Made by a program: the position numbers and the translations under genes | The notes under the pieces: model-generated | The model's input: only the letters and a program-made list of their open reading frames with translations | The model's database searches: none | What the model was told of the DNA's origin: nothing | Origin: Haliotis cracherodii | Lineage: Eukaryota | Direction: 5' to 3' | NCBI RefSeq assembly: GCF_022045235.1 | Contig: NW_027266341.1 | Location: 37,014,001 to 37,078,000, forward strand | Length of the DNA stretch: 64,000 bases | Shown: in pieces, positions 38,821 to 51,495 of the stretch | Numbering within the stretch: the first letter of the stretch is position 1 | Layout: each line of letters starts with the position of its first letter

Positions 38821-39130
38821 CTGTGACAGACAGTCAAACATTGATCATTGCACAATTATTATAAATTAGTGTACATTAACTCAAATTATGATAATAGAGA
38901 TGAGATAACTTCAGGTTTGCAGTATTTTTGTCACAGAGAAGTGCCTTGAGCGATATGGCTCTCAAGAGTCAAATCCGTTGTATGAAGTTGCCTGCCTTAG
39001 CCGTGTCAGGATCCGTTTACCTGTGGAATGATATATGAAGATAAGTGAAAAGCATGTATGACCCGCGTCACTGGGTTTCCCCTACATTAAGCCAACTCAA
39101 AAAGTGATGTTCAGAGCGACGCGAACTTAC

Positions 39131-39246
39131 CTCGACCTCTCTTTGGTTTTCCAGAGAAAAACACGCAGCAATGCACTATCCCAGCAGCAACAAGGATTAG
39201 AATGGCGACTCCCAGTGCGACTCCAATGGTCCATGCGACATGGTTG
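39131..39246 (-). CDS. Gene D exon 3: transmembrane helix
   Basis: catattttcag|C ... G|GTAAGT, phase 2 to phase 1. Encodes NHVAWTIGVALGVAILILVAAGIVHCCVFFSGKPKRGR. Confidence 0.88.
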
Positions 39247-39949
39247 CTGAAAATATGATAAATGACAGGTAGTTCCGATTGAGTTTCTTAAGTTTTAACT
39301 GTTCCACGATGCCAGAGACGATATGCTTAATCTGTCGTTGATTGATGGTCTGGGTTGGAATACCGTACAATAATGGATTATGGTATGATTTAACTTGAAA
39401 TGATTCCAGAATACAGGGAGGAACATGCCTCAAATCAGTGTTTGTTAAGAGATGCTGAATGTCCTAAAATATTAACTTTTCGTTGGTCCCTATACAGTAA
39501 TGCAGAAAACAACGACCGAAGACAACAAAACAGAAAATCCGTGCCGTGCAGATACATACAGGCATGTATTGTGATAGGAAAAACGTTATGTTTTCATGCC
39601 ATTCCAAACTATGAATTCTATTGTTTGTGGTTCCAGTGGCAATATGGTTTTCGACATAAACGCTGCATATACAGGTGTATGTAAACTGACAGCCAGAAGA
39701 AACACAAGCACTTGTATGTAATTACTAAAATTAGAATAAACAAGTTAAAACTAAATCAATGCAAAATACACACTGTTCAAACATAACAATGCTCTATGCA
39801 AAACGTGATACACGTCAACGTCACATTTTTGTTCAGGAAAGTGCGAAATAGTTAAGAACACGTGACACTTGGGCAGCCGAAAAGACACGAGCCATGAGAG
39901 TATTTAAATGGTATGGACGACATGTCAGAAACTCACACTGATAAAACAC

Positions 39950-40830
39950 CACAGAAATGCAACGACTAACACATGAACAAGAGCGGGCCCGGGGTATGGT
40001 ACGAATGGGAGCCCCCCATGCCCATATTGCTAGAGCTTTTGGTTGCTCCCGCGTTGATGCAGCGTGACTGACAGACCGGGCAGATATTAGACATGCCAGG
40101 AACAAGCAGGCTAACTACGCCCAATGAAGACCGGCACTAGCGTGCTTTGCATCTCCGAAATCGATTCCTGACAGTGACGTCATCAACAACGAATGCCTTA
40201 GGGCATATGGTTAGTGAACAGACAGTGGCTAGGCGATTCAGAACTCAAGAAAGTAGGGCTTCCAGACCTTACAGAGGACGGTTACTGATAGCGCAACATG
40301 GATGAAAGACAGCACGTTTACCGCCGAAGGGGAGAACAAACGGCGGCATGTTGCGTTCATGAGGTCGTGCCTTATGGTGGAGCCGGTGTGGGGAGGAATT
40401 TGAAGGCAGGGTGGAACACCGCTGGTCATCGTCAACGGAAATTTGACAGCTTAGCGTAACATGGATGAATATTGTCCGATTGCCCAACCATTTATACAAT
40501 AGCTGCCACGTGGTGTCCTTTATCAGCATGGCAACGCCAGGCCCAATACAGCCCGACTCGTACAGAACTTCCTTGCAGCTAGCAACATCAACGTGTTGTC
40601 GTGGCCTGCGCTTTTCCCAGACATGCCCCCCATGCAACCCCTCTAGGATGTCATGGATCGTCGTGTTCGACAGCGTCCACATCCTCCAGTCGACAGACAA
40701 GAACTGATCCTGGGCCTCAGAGAAGAATGGCGATTATCTTACGTGACGTCATCAAACGGCTGACGTTTTCGGTGCGCCAGAGAGTTTTTGTGTGTCTTGT
40801 AGCAGGGGGTGGTCAAACACGCTATTTATG
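39950..40830 (+). mobile_element. Decayed Tc1 transposase
   Basis: Frameshifted remnants: VWGGI...TPLVIVNGNLTA, QHGNARP.TARLVQNFL...NINVLSWPA..PD. Confidence 0.8.
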
Positions 40831-41063
40831 TGACTTGTCATTGCCATTTTAGATGTGTGAGCGCTTTGTTACTCATTGAAAGCTTGTTTTTGCCACCTCA
40901 CCTCAATTCGGGCAACTGTCATGTCAATATCAGATGCTGTATGGCTGTCATTTCAAATGACTCACCCACCCGATCGATCGATCCCTCGATCAATTAATCA
41001 AGCAACCACTCAAAGCAAGCAAGCCCATGTACTAGTACATTTGGTGAATGAAACTACACCCAC

Positions 41064-41178
41064 CTTGAATTACTGCAACAATGTCTGGAGTGCAACTCTC
41101 CACAGCATTCGCCAGGGCAGGTAATAGTCAAGTGATGTCCATCATCATCTACTGAAGGGCAGACTTTGTGGGCATATG
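41064..41178 (-). CDS. Gene D exon 2: six-Cys ectodomain
   Basis: attgtctttcag|CA ... AG|GTGGGT, 115 nt, phase 1 to phase 2. Encodes YAHKVCPSVDDDGHHLTITCPGECCGELHSRHCCSNS. Confidence 0.88.
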
Positions 41179-42839
41179 CTGAAAGACAATTATCGATTAT
41201 CACAGTGATCATATTGGTCCCTGCCAAATGAACTACTACATTATGGAGTTTGCAGAGGTATGCAGAACTTCAGATGTCTTACAGAGGGAGAACATAAAGA
41301 TACTGATATACAGTAAAACGATTAGCTTTGCATACATCCACTACACGCTTTTGTAACGCATAATGTTTTGAAGTAATTTCTGGACAAATAAGTCAACAAT
41401 ACTTACTTCAAATCATTAAACCACCCTGGACAAGAATCAGTGACATTGACCAGCGCAAACACAAGCGAAGAACGAAGCCCGCTGGTGGGTGTAGCTTAAT
41501 TAGGTTTTAGATTCATGTAAACATTAACTCAAAAAAGTTGTGCATGTAAGCCTTCTAATTTCACTGGATAAACGAGAGTTACAGCTTTCGTGACCAGACA
41601 TGTGCGAGGCAGTGGTTCTATTTCAAACCCACAACATACGTAAAAGAACCAACCAAGGAATAAGATACAAAAGAAAAATCTATGCACACATGAGTAAAAA
41701 AATGGCCGCTCATCACGGAGTGCACAATCCGTCATTTAAAAAAAGGCAGGTAGGATCACTCACTTGGCGGTGCACATAAACACACTCAAAACAACGAGCC
41801 ACAACTATGCAACTATACAATATCAAAATTAATATACCTGGCGTATTGCGTGAACCCTAACTGGTTCTTTCCATTTCACTCCATCCACACGTGCTGAGCA
41901 CGACCACTGACCGCCTGGGTGAAAACCAGCTGGGGTCGGAAACTTTACACAAACAAAGTCAAACAATAATACATATCTGACATTTGCTGTACAATGGGTA
42001 ATAGAAAATGACTACCGTGAGGCTGAAAGCCCACAAGAAATAGCCCGTTGACCAGTATACTACTACTGCGTGGGTGACATCCGGGCAAGATTCTCTCAGA
42101 CTGTCGTAAACACCAGGGAAGGTAACTCATCACACTCGGAAACTTGCTGCTCCCGCTCAAACTGTCCCCACACATGGTTAAACACAACCAAATGTTTTCC
42201 AATAGACTTCTATTGTAACGTTATATTATTTGAAAAAATAATTATGCATTCAAGTCCTGTACGTGTGTGCAGTTTGGCCTTAGAACAGCAATAAAACAGC
42301 ATAGTCACAACTGGTTCTGAATTTAGATCCAACCTGTTATCAACGAACACATCGCCGACCCTTCGGGAAGATACTAAGGATGTTGACAGCAACAAGCCAC
42401 ACATCGGATTTCGTGACACTTGCATACCCAATCAAATGCCATGAAATCACGTGCAGTCTATTGGATGAATTTCTGATTTATGAGACATGTCAATACATAT
42501 ATAACATATACGTTTTATATCCTTATTACATCTAACGAAGGCCGCAAACGCTATTGGTTGACACATTAACACTTGTCATTTTTCTGTTTGGGGGTTACCC
42601 TGTTTTCGGGGGGATGTTGCAATAAACACGAACGGTTGTCATCGAACAATCAACACCCATTTGATATCAAATGTTTCCTCTGTCATCATTTCTGAATATT
42701 ATCTACATATGGTCTTAACGTTATACGTATTTTACGTACAACCTGCATATATATACATCTTCAATAAAAAGAAAGGCACATGTTGATTTTTAGTAAATAT
42801 ATTGTACCTAATAAAGTCGATATATTTAGAGCTCGATAG

Positions 42840-43750
42840 TCACATGTTGTCGTTGTACAAAGGCATTGAAAACTGTTCATTGTCATGCCACATAAGGTTG
42901 CGCTGAACTAAGTATCTAGTGTGACCACCGCGGGCAGCAATTCTGTCCTGCGGAATTCTGCGCCATTCTGCTTGTAACGCGTTGGCCAGTTGTGGGAGTG
43001 TCTGCGGCGCGTTCTGACGTTGACTTACACGTCGATCGAGTTCATCCCAGAGGTGTTCGATTGGGTTGAGATCTGGAGAACTCGACGGCCAGGGCAAGGG
43101 GTTGATGTTGGCATTATGAAGGTTGTCTAGGCTGAAAGGCAAGCGTCGCTGTCGATGGATCTGTTGCAAAATAGGGACGATAACTGGTCTTCTAGGTCGG
43201 ATTCCAGCCTCGCGAAGATGGTTCCTGACAGTCTGGTCCGATATCCTCCTCAAACCAGGGATGCGTCCTGCAGTCTCCGTAGCTGTGGCATTGTGATGAC
43301 GTAGGTGGAACAGTGGAATGTAGCGATCCTGTGCAGGGGTTGTAACTCTTGGTCGGCCGGTTCTCGGACGGTCTGCAGTGGAATTGAACTGTGTGTATCA
43401 GTCACAAAGGGGGCAAATGCTGCTGTGGTGGACGTTGAAGTGGCGTGCAACAGAAGATACGTCCTATGGCGATGTTCCGATCGGCAGCGCTGAGTCTCGG
43501 CATTTTGGAACTTGAAACATGTTGACAATTGAATGACAACTTAGTGGCTTATGCTTGCCTTTTTATAGGCACTACCACGAGTTACGTATGCCATAACTTG
43601 CACGTGCATTTTGCTTTACTGTTTTTGTTCATGACATTTTTTAACAAGTGTGAAAACAGTGCCGTTTATGACATTGAAAATCGACAATGGCTGCGTTTTG
43701 ACGCATCGTTTGTCGAATTTCAGGCCACCAACATTTCCCAATAACATATA
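42840..43750 (-). mobile_element. Decayed, internally deleted Tc1 element
   Basis: MPRLSAADRNIAIG start ~43503; RRISDQTVRNHLREAGIRPRRP; WPSSSPDLNPIEHLWDELDRRV; ARGGHTRY. Confidence 0.9.
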
Positions 43751-43806
43751 TCCAATTTATATACCAGATTTCTTTGTAGTTTTTTGTAGTAGGGTAAATG
43801 AACTAC

Positions 43807-43941
43807 NNNNNNNNNNNNNNNNNNNNNNNNNNNNNNNNNNNNNNNNNNNNNNNNNNNNNNNNNNNNNNNNNNNNNNNNNNNNNNNNNNNNNNNNNNNNNN
43901 NNNNNNNNNNNNNNNNNNNNNNNNNNNNNNNNNNNNNNNNN
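43807..43941. other. Assembly gap (N)
   Basis: Run of N. Confidence 1.
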
Positions 43942-45029
43942 ACACGGTGGTTAAGCACAGAACGACCAATCCAGCTAGAAACATCTTCTCGGGGGTAGAA
44001 ATCCAATAAAATACCCGGAGTTTTCTTTAAATAAGTTCACAGATTCATCTGGCACATCTATGACGAGTCCTCGTCTCGGTTTACAATACATATGGTAAAT
44101 AGGGTCAGATCCGTTCATATCGTCAATACGTTATTGCAATCACATCTACACTACATAAGTAATACATACAAATGAGTCCTGTGCCATACAATGCCTCACA
44201 ATTGATGTCTCGTCAGGTATTCACATTGTGGGACGCATTCATACGTTGCATACATGATAATAACAATGTACTTAAGTTTGTACCGAACTGAGTTTATACT
44301 TTTCATATACTCAAACTCAAAAGTAACTAATAATAACTGATAACTGAAAATTAAAAAAAAATTAATTATCATTAACTATATGTCTGTACAGATCCTTTTA
44401 ATATGTACACAAGAATCTATTTCTGAGACACGCCAGCTAATGGAGTACCGTTGCCACCGTAATTCGTATGAATGGTAAAGAGAAGGTATCTTTTCATTTT
44501 CAACTTTATTTCATCTTTAATGGGGAATGAAATAACCACATTTCGCTGTGAACAAAATAACAAAAGAACTTGAATTTGAAATTTCATATTCATGTAAATC
44601 TTAAGCAAGCATATAGAATCCATTTTCAGCCCAAATAAGCACTTTCCATTTTAAATCTACGAGCATTGAGACATACTTTAATACATAATTTCACCAGTTG
44701 GTAATAATGTTCTATATAGTTTGGGCCAGCTGATCGTTAACCAATAAAACATTGAATTCGGGATAATTAACAATGTCATGGTTTTTGCCTTTGATTATAA
44801 TAAAAATGTTTCCAAAGGATTTGAGGCGTCACAACTCACTTAATAAGGTCATTATCGGATGCGACCGTTTACGTTGATACAAGCGAGGCTGCGGCAGCGC
44901 ATTGAAGTCACCAGATGAAATAATGTGTAAGAATTATAGTAACTGAAAAAGTAACTGTGCTTCGTATAAAGTGGTGTAAATGTTATATCATTATATGACG
45001 GCGCATTGAAGATATCAGACCAAAGAGTG

Positions 45030-45680
45030 GGCCAACTGAGCTGATGTTACCGGCTAGTTCTGTTCCTGTCGTAGGCGTCCTTCACCCTCATCCCAGGCAT
45101 GTTCTATGAGGGAGAGATCTGTCGCATCAGCCGTCCATAGCAGTACAGCAATGGTATGCTGCCTCAAAAAATCTGTCACAAAACTTACAACATGTGGTCG
45201 AGCATCATCCTGCTGCAATGTGGCGTTACGTCCCTGCATATGCACAAAGGGTACAACATGATCTCGAACGATGTCTCTCCGGTGGCGTGCGCCAATCAAA
45301 TTGCCATTAACAATGATGAGTGTTCTCCCAAGAGTTGTGATGCCACCCCATAACATTACACCTCCACCCAGAAACTGACGTCGTTGAGTAACACAAGCGT
45401 CCCTAAAACGTTCTCCTAAACGCCTGTAGAACCTTGCATGACCATCAGAGCTGCACTCACCTGTGAACGATATACTGTCCCAGTCTTATCTTCTGAACCG
45501 CAGATGCCAGGCGAACCTGACGGTGACGTGGAAGCAAAATTGGGCGTATCGTTTGACGTCGGGGCCAGATGTTGTGTTCCTTCAACCGGATGCTTACGGT
45601 TCTGCCACTAATTAGATTCCAACCAAGAATTGTCCGAGCTGGCTACGTGGCAGTTTGGTACCGATTCCGTAGATGCACTG
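45030..45680 (-). mobile_element. Decayed Tc1 transposase
   Basis: MLWGGITTLGRT..IVNGNL...LQQDDARPHV...DLSLIEHAWDE. Confidence 0.85.
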
Positions 45681-46196
45681 ACAGTGGCTTAAATAACTGT
45701 GTGAACTATGATTGGTTTGAAGGTTTAGCTGTATTTTGTAAATGTAGCAGTTTCTGATAACACGCACACTACGGTTCATATTCCTCACAGGAAATTAATT
45801 ACATTGAAGCCCATGTGTGTGTGCGCGCGTTCGTGTGTGCGTGCGTGTGTGCGTGCGTGTGTGTGTGTTGCAATAGTGAATCGCCATTGCAGGGCATAGG
45901 TACACGAACGCACATCGGCTCAACACATGACAAACTTAATTTACGATCTTAAGCTCTTAATGAGATGATAATGACTTACTTTCGTTGCCAAATTCAGCCA
46001 ATAAATCAATACATATGAATATATTTATAATGTGTTTGTATCAGTAACTAAATGTACACGTAAAATTCATTTACATATAATTCCAAACAAACATTCGACA
46101 AGTTTCCAATGAGGAGACAGAGCGTGCGCACCTCCGAGTATTCATGGTGATGAAGTAATACATGTAGTACTTGAAGCTTTACAAAGTATAACCTCG

Positions 46197-46325
46197 TGAG
46201 TGAGTGAGTGGATATGGTTTTACGCCGCTTTTAGCAATATTCCATCAATATCATGGCGGGGAACACCAGAAATGGTTTTCACACATTGTACCCATGTCGG
46301 GCATCGAACTCGGGTCTTCGGCGTC
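46197..46325 (-). mobile_element. SINE family A, antisense, 5'-truncated
   Basis: (gtga)n followed by ttttacgccgcttttagcaatattcc...gtacccatgtcggg. Confidence 0.88.
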
Positions 46326-47790
46326 CAGGCTCCCCGACCGCTCCTGTAGCCTTGTGAACTGATCCATGAAATGTGCACGCCAGTCATCCTGAGGCTGTTT
46401 CAGAACCAAGTATGACTGTATTGTCTCATTGAGGAAATCAAAACCGTGTTCATCTGACACTTCAGAACGGGAAGACGTTCTAGATTTCACAGTACACAGC
46501 AAAGTTTCGTGTATGTTTTTTAGATATAAAGTTGATTACATTTGATAATTATGATTATATTATGGATAGTGTTATCTATACGATAAATCAATCTGATAAC
46601 CTTGTACCACGATGTGATAAATATACAACTTGCCCAAGTACTTTCAGTAATCTCTTTCATCGATGCAATGCCCTTGTTCAATAAATTATTTACTTTCGTT
46701 CCCAAGCTGAGGCAGGGGTTTCCCAAGTGTTTTATTTCTCTTAGATCATTTGGTACTGTATGATAAACATTGTATTCATACGCGGTTTGTACAGCTGCTT
46801 TATTCAATGAAATAACGTCCTAGACATTCATTATTTTTAGAAATTCATTCTTTGATACAGAGAGTATCACCTTTGCGCGTTTCGTGTAGTATAAGGTATA
46901 TACTATTATTTGTATTCGTAAAATATATTATTTAGGATACGGAAACACACTCTAATAATAATACAAATCTATCTTTATTAAGTACATAATATATAAATAT
47001 TGACTACACTCAGTCTGGCTCCGAAATATAAGTAAGACTAATATGAACTTTACGTCAAATACATATACTTGCAATTCGAGTGTGCATTCCAATATATTTA
47101 AAATGTAATACAAAATACAAGGCCAAATACTTCCTCAGTCATGTTGTGCAATTCATTAAAGACCTGAGTAAAACAAGTACTTGATCGGGGAGGTCAATAC
47201 ATCCCAGTGACTTAAAAATCCATTCTCGGGGTACAGAATCATACAGAATCATTCTGTAGTCTTTCCAACACACTGAGACTTCAAGGATAATGTTTGTAAC
47301 GTACATCATTTTCTGGCTCCATGTGGATGATCCGTGTGACGTTAATGAGGAAACATATGCAGTTGAAGTGATCAAATGATCGTGGATCATGGATTATGGT
47401 TGTTCTTATGCTATTATATTTGTTTAAATGGGAAAGATTTATTTTGTGCTTCACATTACTTTCGTGTACAATGTCAATAATAATCTGTTTAAATACTTCC
47501 TTAACCAGTTTCCTATTCGTCATATAAACAATAGAACAATGGAACAATACATAAGATAAATAATAGAAAAAACAAATGGCGAATGCACAATATGTTTATA
47601 CGGATATATTTCACATACAGAAGAGTTGAACTTTTCCAAAACAAAACACCGTGTCTCCTTGACGCACATTTGAAGCATAAGGCGCCATCGTTATTTGTTA
47701 TTCAACAATAATAATTACCAACTTTGAAGAACATTTGGAATCATTTAGAATCAATTACAGATAATTTAAGATTGATCGTATAACTGCAAT

Positions 47791-47948
47791 CTAAAGTCCA
47801 GTTTCAGAAGCTATTTTTCTCATGAGATGATGAGATACTTTAGGCTTTTTGACATCTGGTGGAGAGCACTGGTCTATTATTTGGCTGGCATGTTGCTCGG
47901 CCGGTGCTGCTGCGTTGATGCCGGTGTTGCTGCTGTGTTGATATATTC
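47791..47948 (-). CDS. Gene E putative terminal exon
   Basis: Strong acceptor tttgtgtttcag. Phase-1 reading GIYQHSSNTGINAAAPAEQHASQIIDQCSPPDVKKPKVSHHLMRKIASETGL*; the phase-0 reading EYINTAATPASTQQHRPSNMPAK* is also open. Confidence 0.45.
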
Positions 47949-48464
47949 CTGAAACACAAACTATCTTAATGTGAGCTAGCTAGTAACTTGAGTCTAACGC
48001 CAGGTCCCACCTGCACAAAGCTATCTTAGCCATACGTCCATCTTAAGTCTATTGATGCCATTGTCATCTATCGTGTAGCCAATTAGTAATGTCATCGTCA
48101 GTTATCTTATAGGCAGTCATTGATGCCATTGTCAGCTATCTTATAGGCAATCATTAATGCCTTTGTCAGCTATTTTTGTCAATCATTAATATCATAGTCA
48201 GTTATCTGATATCATTAATGTCATTGTCAGGTGAGAAGATAGATACATTTGAATCATTTCGAACACTGATCATTCAAGCAATATAAATTCAATGCCGAAG
48301 GGCCATAATTCATATATTGACATCGATCGATTTGAATCTCAGCCAATCGTACTGTCGATCACTATTCCGGAGACATGTTGTTCATTTGTTTTGAAACCTA
48401 TACACAATATGCTTCACACGTACCATGAGCGTAAAGAGTTCATTATTAACTTAATTATTCCTAC

Positions 48465-48650
48465 CATTAGGCACACGTACATGTATAATGTCAAGGTGGC
48501 TTGCCGTCACCTTTCTCTTCCGTCTTTTCTTTATATAATCACATGCACACATGACACAGCAGATCACAAGATAGACAATCAGGAGTATGACGCCAAAGAT
48601 GGCCCTCGATGTTCGCAATCCAGAAACCATGCTTGCTTCGTTGTTAATAA
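48465..48650 (-). CDS. Gene E transmembrane exon (TM + Cys cluster + polybasic)
   Basis: Poly-T acceptor ending ttttcag|TT, phase 1. Encodes INNEASMVSGLRTSRAIFGVILLIVYLVICCVMCACDYIKKRRKRKVTASHLDIIHVRVPN. Donor is G|GTAGGA (phase 1) or CAT|GTACGT (phase 0, exon end 48481). Confidence 0.65.
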
Positions 48651-49541
48651 CTGAAAAAATATTATAAACAGTAAAAAACATTTACTTCATGCTGTGGTAT
48701 TTGTTTGACGCTAAAGTAATATTTATAAAAGAATTATTTTGAATTGTGACGTGGCAAGTGTTTCTATGTAACGCCTGTTAGCATACAAATAATGTCACTC
48801 GGAAATATATGTGATAATAAACACAGCAATCTCTGTTCACGTATTCCCACACTGACTGTCTGGCATAACGTCTTAAATTATGATTAAGTACAATGATAAA
48901 GTAACGAGTTCACGCAAAACGAACTAAAGACACAGTAATCTTCTATTTACATAATCATTGTCTAATAATCGCCCTTGTCTCATGTGTTTTCTTTACTGTT
49001 TTAATACGAAATGAGTTACTGATGAATTACTAAAATGTAAACCACAAATCTACGTATTGACTTAAATTGTAGTTCAAACGACCTCAGTGACTTGATGAAT
49101 GCGTGTCATTGTATGCAGCCAGCGTGGTTCGTTGCTCATGATATCAATTACTGAATTATCTGGACACAATTACAGGCCGCCGTCGTGTAGCTGGTATATT
49201 GCTGCTGAAACAAACAAACAAACAAACAAATCTACGACAGGCGTTGTATATTGGAATCTACACGAGGTCCGGGAATCCACAAGGGGCCCTATTTCATAAC
49301 CTTAATACATCACTAGGTTTGAATAAATAGTAAGAATGCGCCGCGGCTGTAGTTACATGTGATGTGATATGAATCATTTATTTCACTCGTACATGTAGGT
49401 GTAGTACCATTAAAACATTACCGATTTCTTTGAAGCCCAAATCAACACGTTTTCGCCTTACGATACATATCAGTTTCTGAAGACAAAAGACGCAACTATA
49501 ATTTGTTATTGCATTCATTTCCCAATAAATGTAAAAACTTA

Positions 49542-49618
49542 AGCCACGCCCACTGAAGCGGACTAATTTCATCACAACGGAATATCGGGGAATCCCAATT
49601 AAAGTCGAGGGGATTCCC
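49542..49618 (-). promoter_or_regulatory. Putative promoter: GC box plus two NF-kB-like sites
   Basis: GGGCGTGGC on the minus strand at ~49543-49551; GGGGAATCCC at 49587-49596; GGGGATTCCC at 49609-49618. An ATG lies at 49518 on the minus strand. Confidence 0.4.
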
Positions 49619-50239
49619 TTTCTGCACATCTGTGTCATCAGGTCTAATAACATTTAAGTGCTATGTTTCGGTATGAAAAATATCAACAACAAATGAAATC
49701 ACATTCTTCAAAGTTAATCAAGAGTTTACTGTCGAGTTTTACAGGTATGAATCTACGCGGATCCATACAGTTTGCACATCGTTTTTTTTTATTCATACTT
49801 TAATGAACCGAACAAAATGCACAGTCAATTCTAAAGTAAATACGGAACCATGGTAATAATAAAAGCGACAAAACCCTTTCCATAGCCACAAGAAATTGAT
49901 TGTATTGTACGATTGTTTAACCATCAAGGATGTACATGTATATGTAATTTTGTTTTAAGGAATATGTAACCGCGCTTTAAACAGAACAACGTGGATACCT
50001 TGGATTTGAATGTATGTCAGTAAATCGGACGGACAAGTGTTTATGTCGAAAAGTAACTTTCCAACTCGCTTATCTTTGCCAATGTTATCTCGAAAGGGTT
50101 GCTACCCGTAGGGTAAGGACACCAAAATGTTGCATTGTGTTGAACTCCATTGTGTCGAACTCTAACGTATCGAATTCTCGGTTGTCCGGATTTCTTCAAT
50201 CTCATCATATTGAATAGGATGTGTCGGATTGACATGTTG

Positions 50240-51495
50240 TCGATGTCCTGTGTGTGATGGATAGATGTGTTGTAGATGTCATGTATGTGGTGGGTGGACG
50301 TGTTGTATATGGCCTGTATGTGGTGGATGGACGTGTTGTAGATGTCCTGTATGTGGTGGATGGACGTGTTGTATATGTCCTGTATGTGGTGGATGGACGT
50401 GTTGTATATGGCCTGTATGTGATGGATGGACCTATTGTAGATGTCCTGTATGTGGTGGCTGGACGTGTTGTATATGTCCTGTATGTGATGGATGGACGTG
50501 TTGTATATGTCCTGTATGTGATGGATGGAAATGTTGCAGATGTCCTGTATGTGGTGGGTGGACGTGTTGTATATGTCCTGTATGTGATGGATGGACGTGT
50601 TGTATATGTCCTGTATGTGATGGATGGACGTGTTGTAGATGTCCTGTATGTGGTGGGTGGACGTGTTGTATATGGCCTGTATGTGATGGATGGAAATGTT
50701 GTAGATGTCCTGTATGTGGTGGATGGACGTGTTGTAGATGTCCTGTATGTGGTGGATGGACGTGTTGTAGATGTCCTGTATGTGGTGGATGGACGTGTTG
50801 TATATGTCTTGTATGTGATGGATGGACGTGTTGTAGATGTCCTGTATGTGGTGGATGGACGTGTTGTAGATGTCCTGTATGTGGTTGGTGGACGTGTTGT
50901 ATATGTCCTGTATGTGATGGATGGACCTATTGTAGATGTCCTGTATGTGGTGGATGGACGTGTTATAGATGTCCTGTATGTGGTGTGTGGACGTGTTGTA
51001 TATGTCCTGTGTGTAATGGATGGACGTGTTGTAGATGTCCTGTATGTGGTGGATGGACGTGTTGTAGATGTCCTGTATGTGGTGGATGGACGTGTTGTAG
51101 ATGTCCTGTATGTGGTGGATGGACGTGTTGTAGATGTCCTGTATGTGGTGGGTGGACGTGTTGTATATGTCCTGTATGTGGTGGATGGACCTATTGTAGA
51201 TGGCCTGTATGTGATGGATGGACGTGTTGTAGATGTCCTGTATGTGGTGGATGGACGTGTTGTAGATGTCCTGTATGTGGTGGATGGACGTGTTGTAGAT
51301 GTCCTGTATGTGGTGGATGGACCTATTGTAGATGGCCTGTATGCGATGGATGGACGTGTTGTAGATGTCCTGTATGTGGTGGATGGACGTGTTGTATATG
51401 TCCTGTATGTGGTGGATGGACGTGTTTTACATGTCCTGTATGTGATGGATAGACGTGTTTTAGATGTCCTGTATGTGGTGGATGGGCGTATTGTT
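50240..51495. repeat. 33-bp minisatellite (gtcctgtatgtggtggatggacgtgttgtagat), ~38 copies
   Basis: Seen directly. Unit length is divisible by 3, so several frames are open. Confidence 0.95.
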
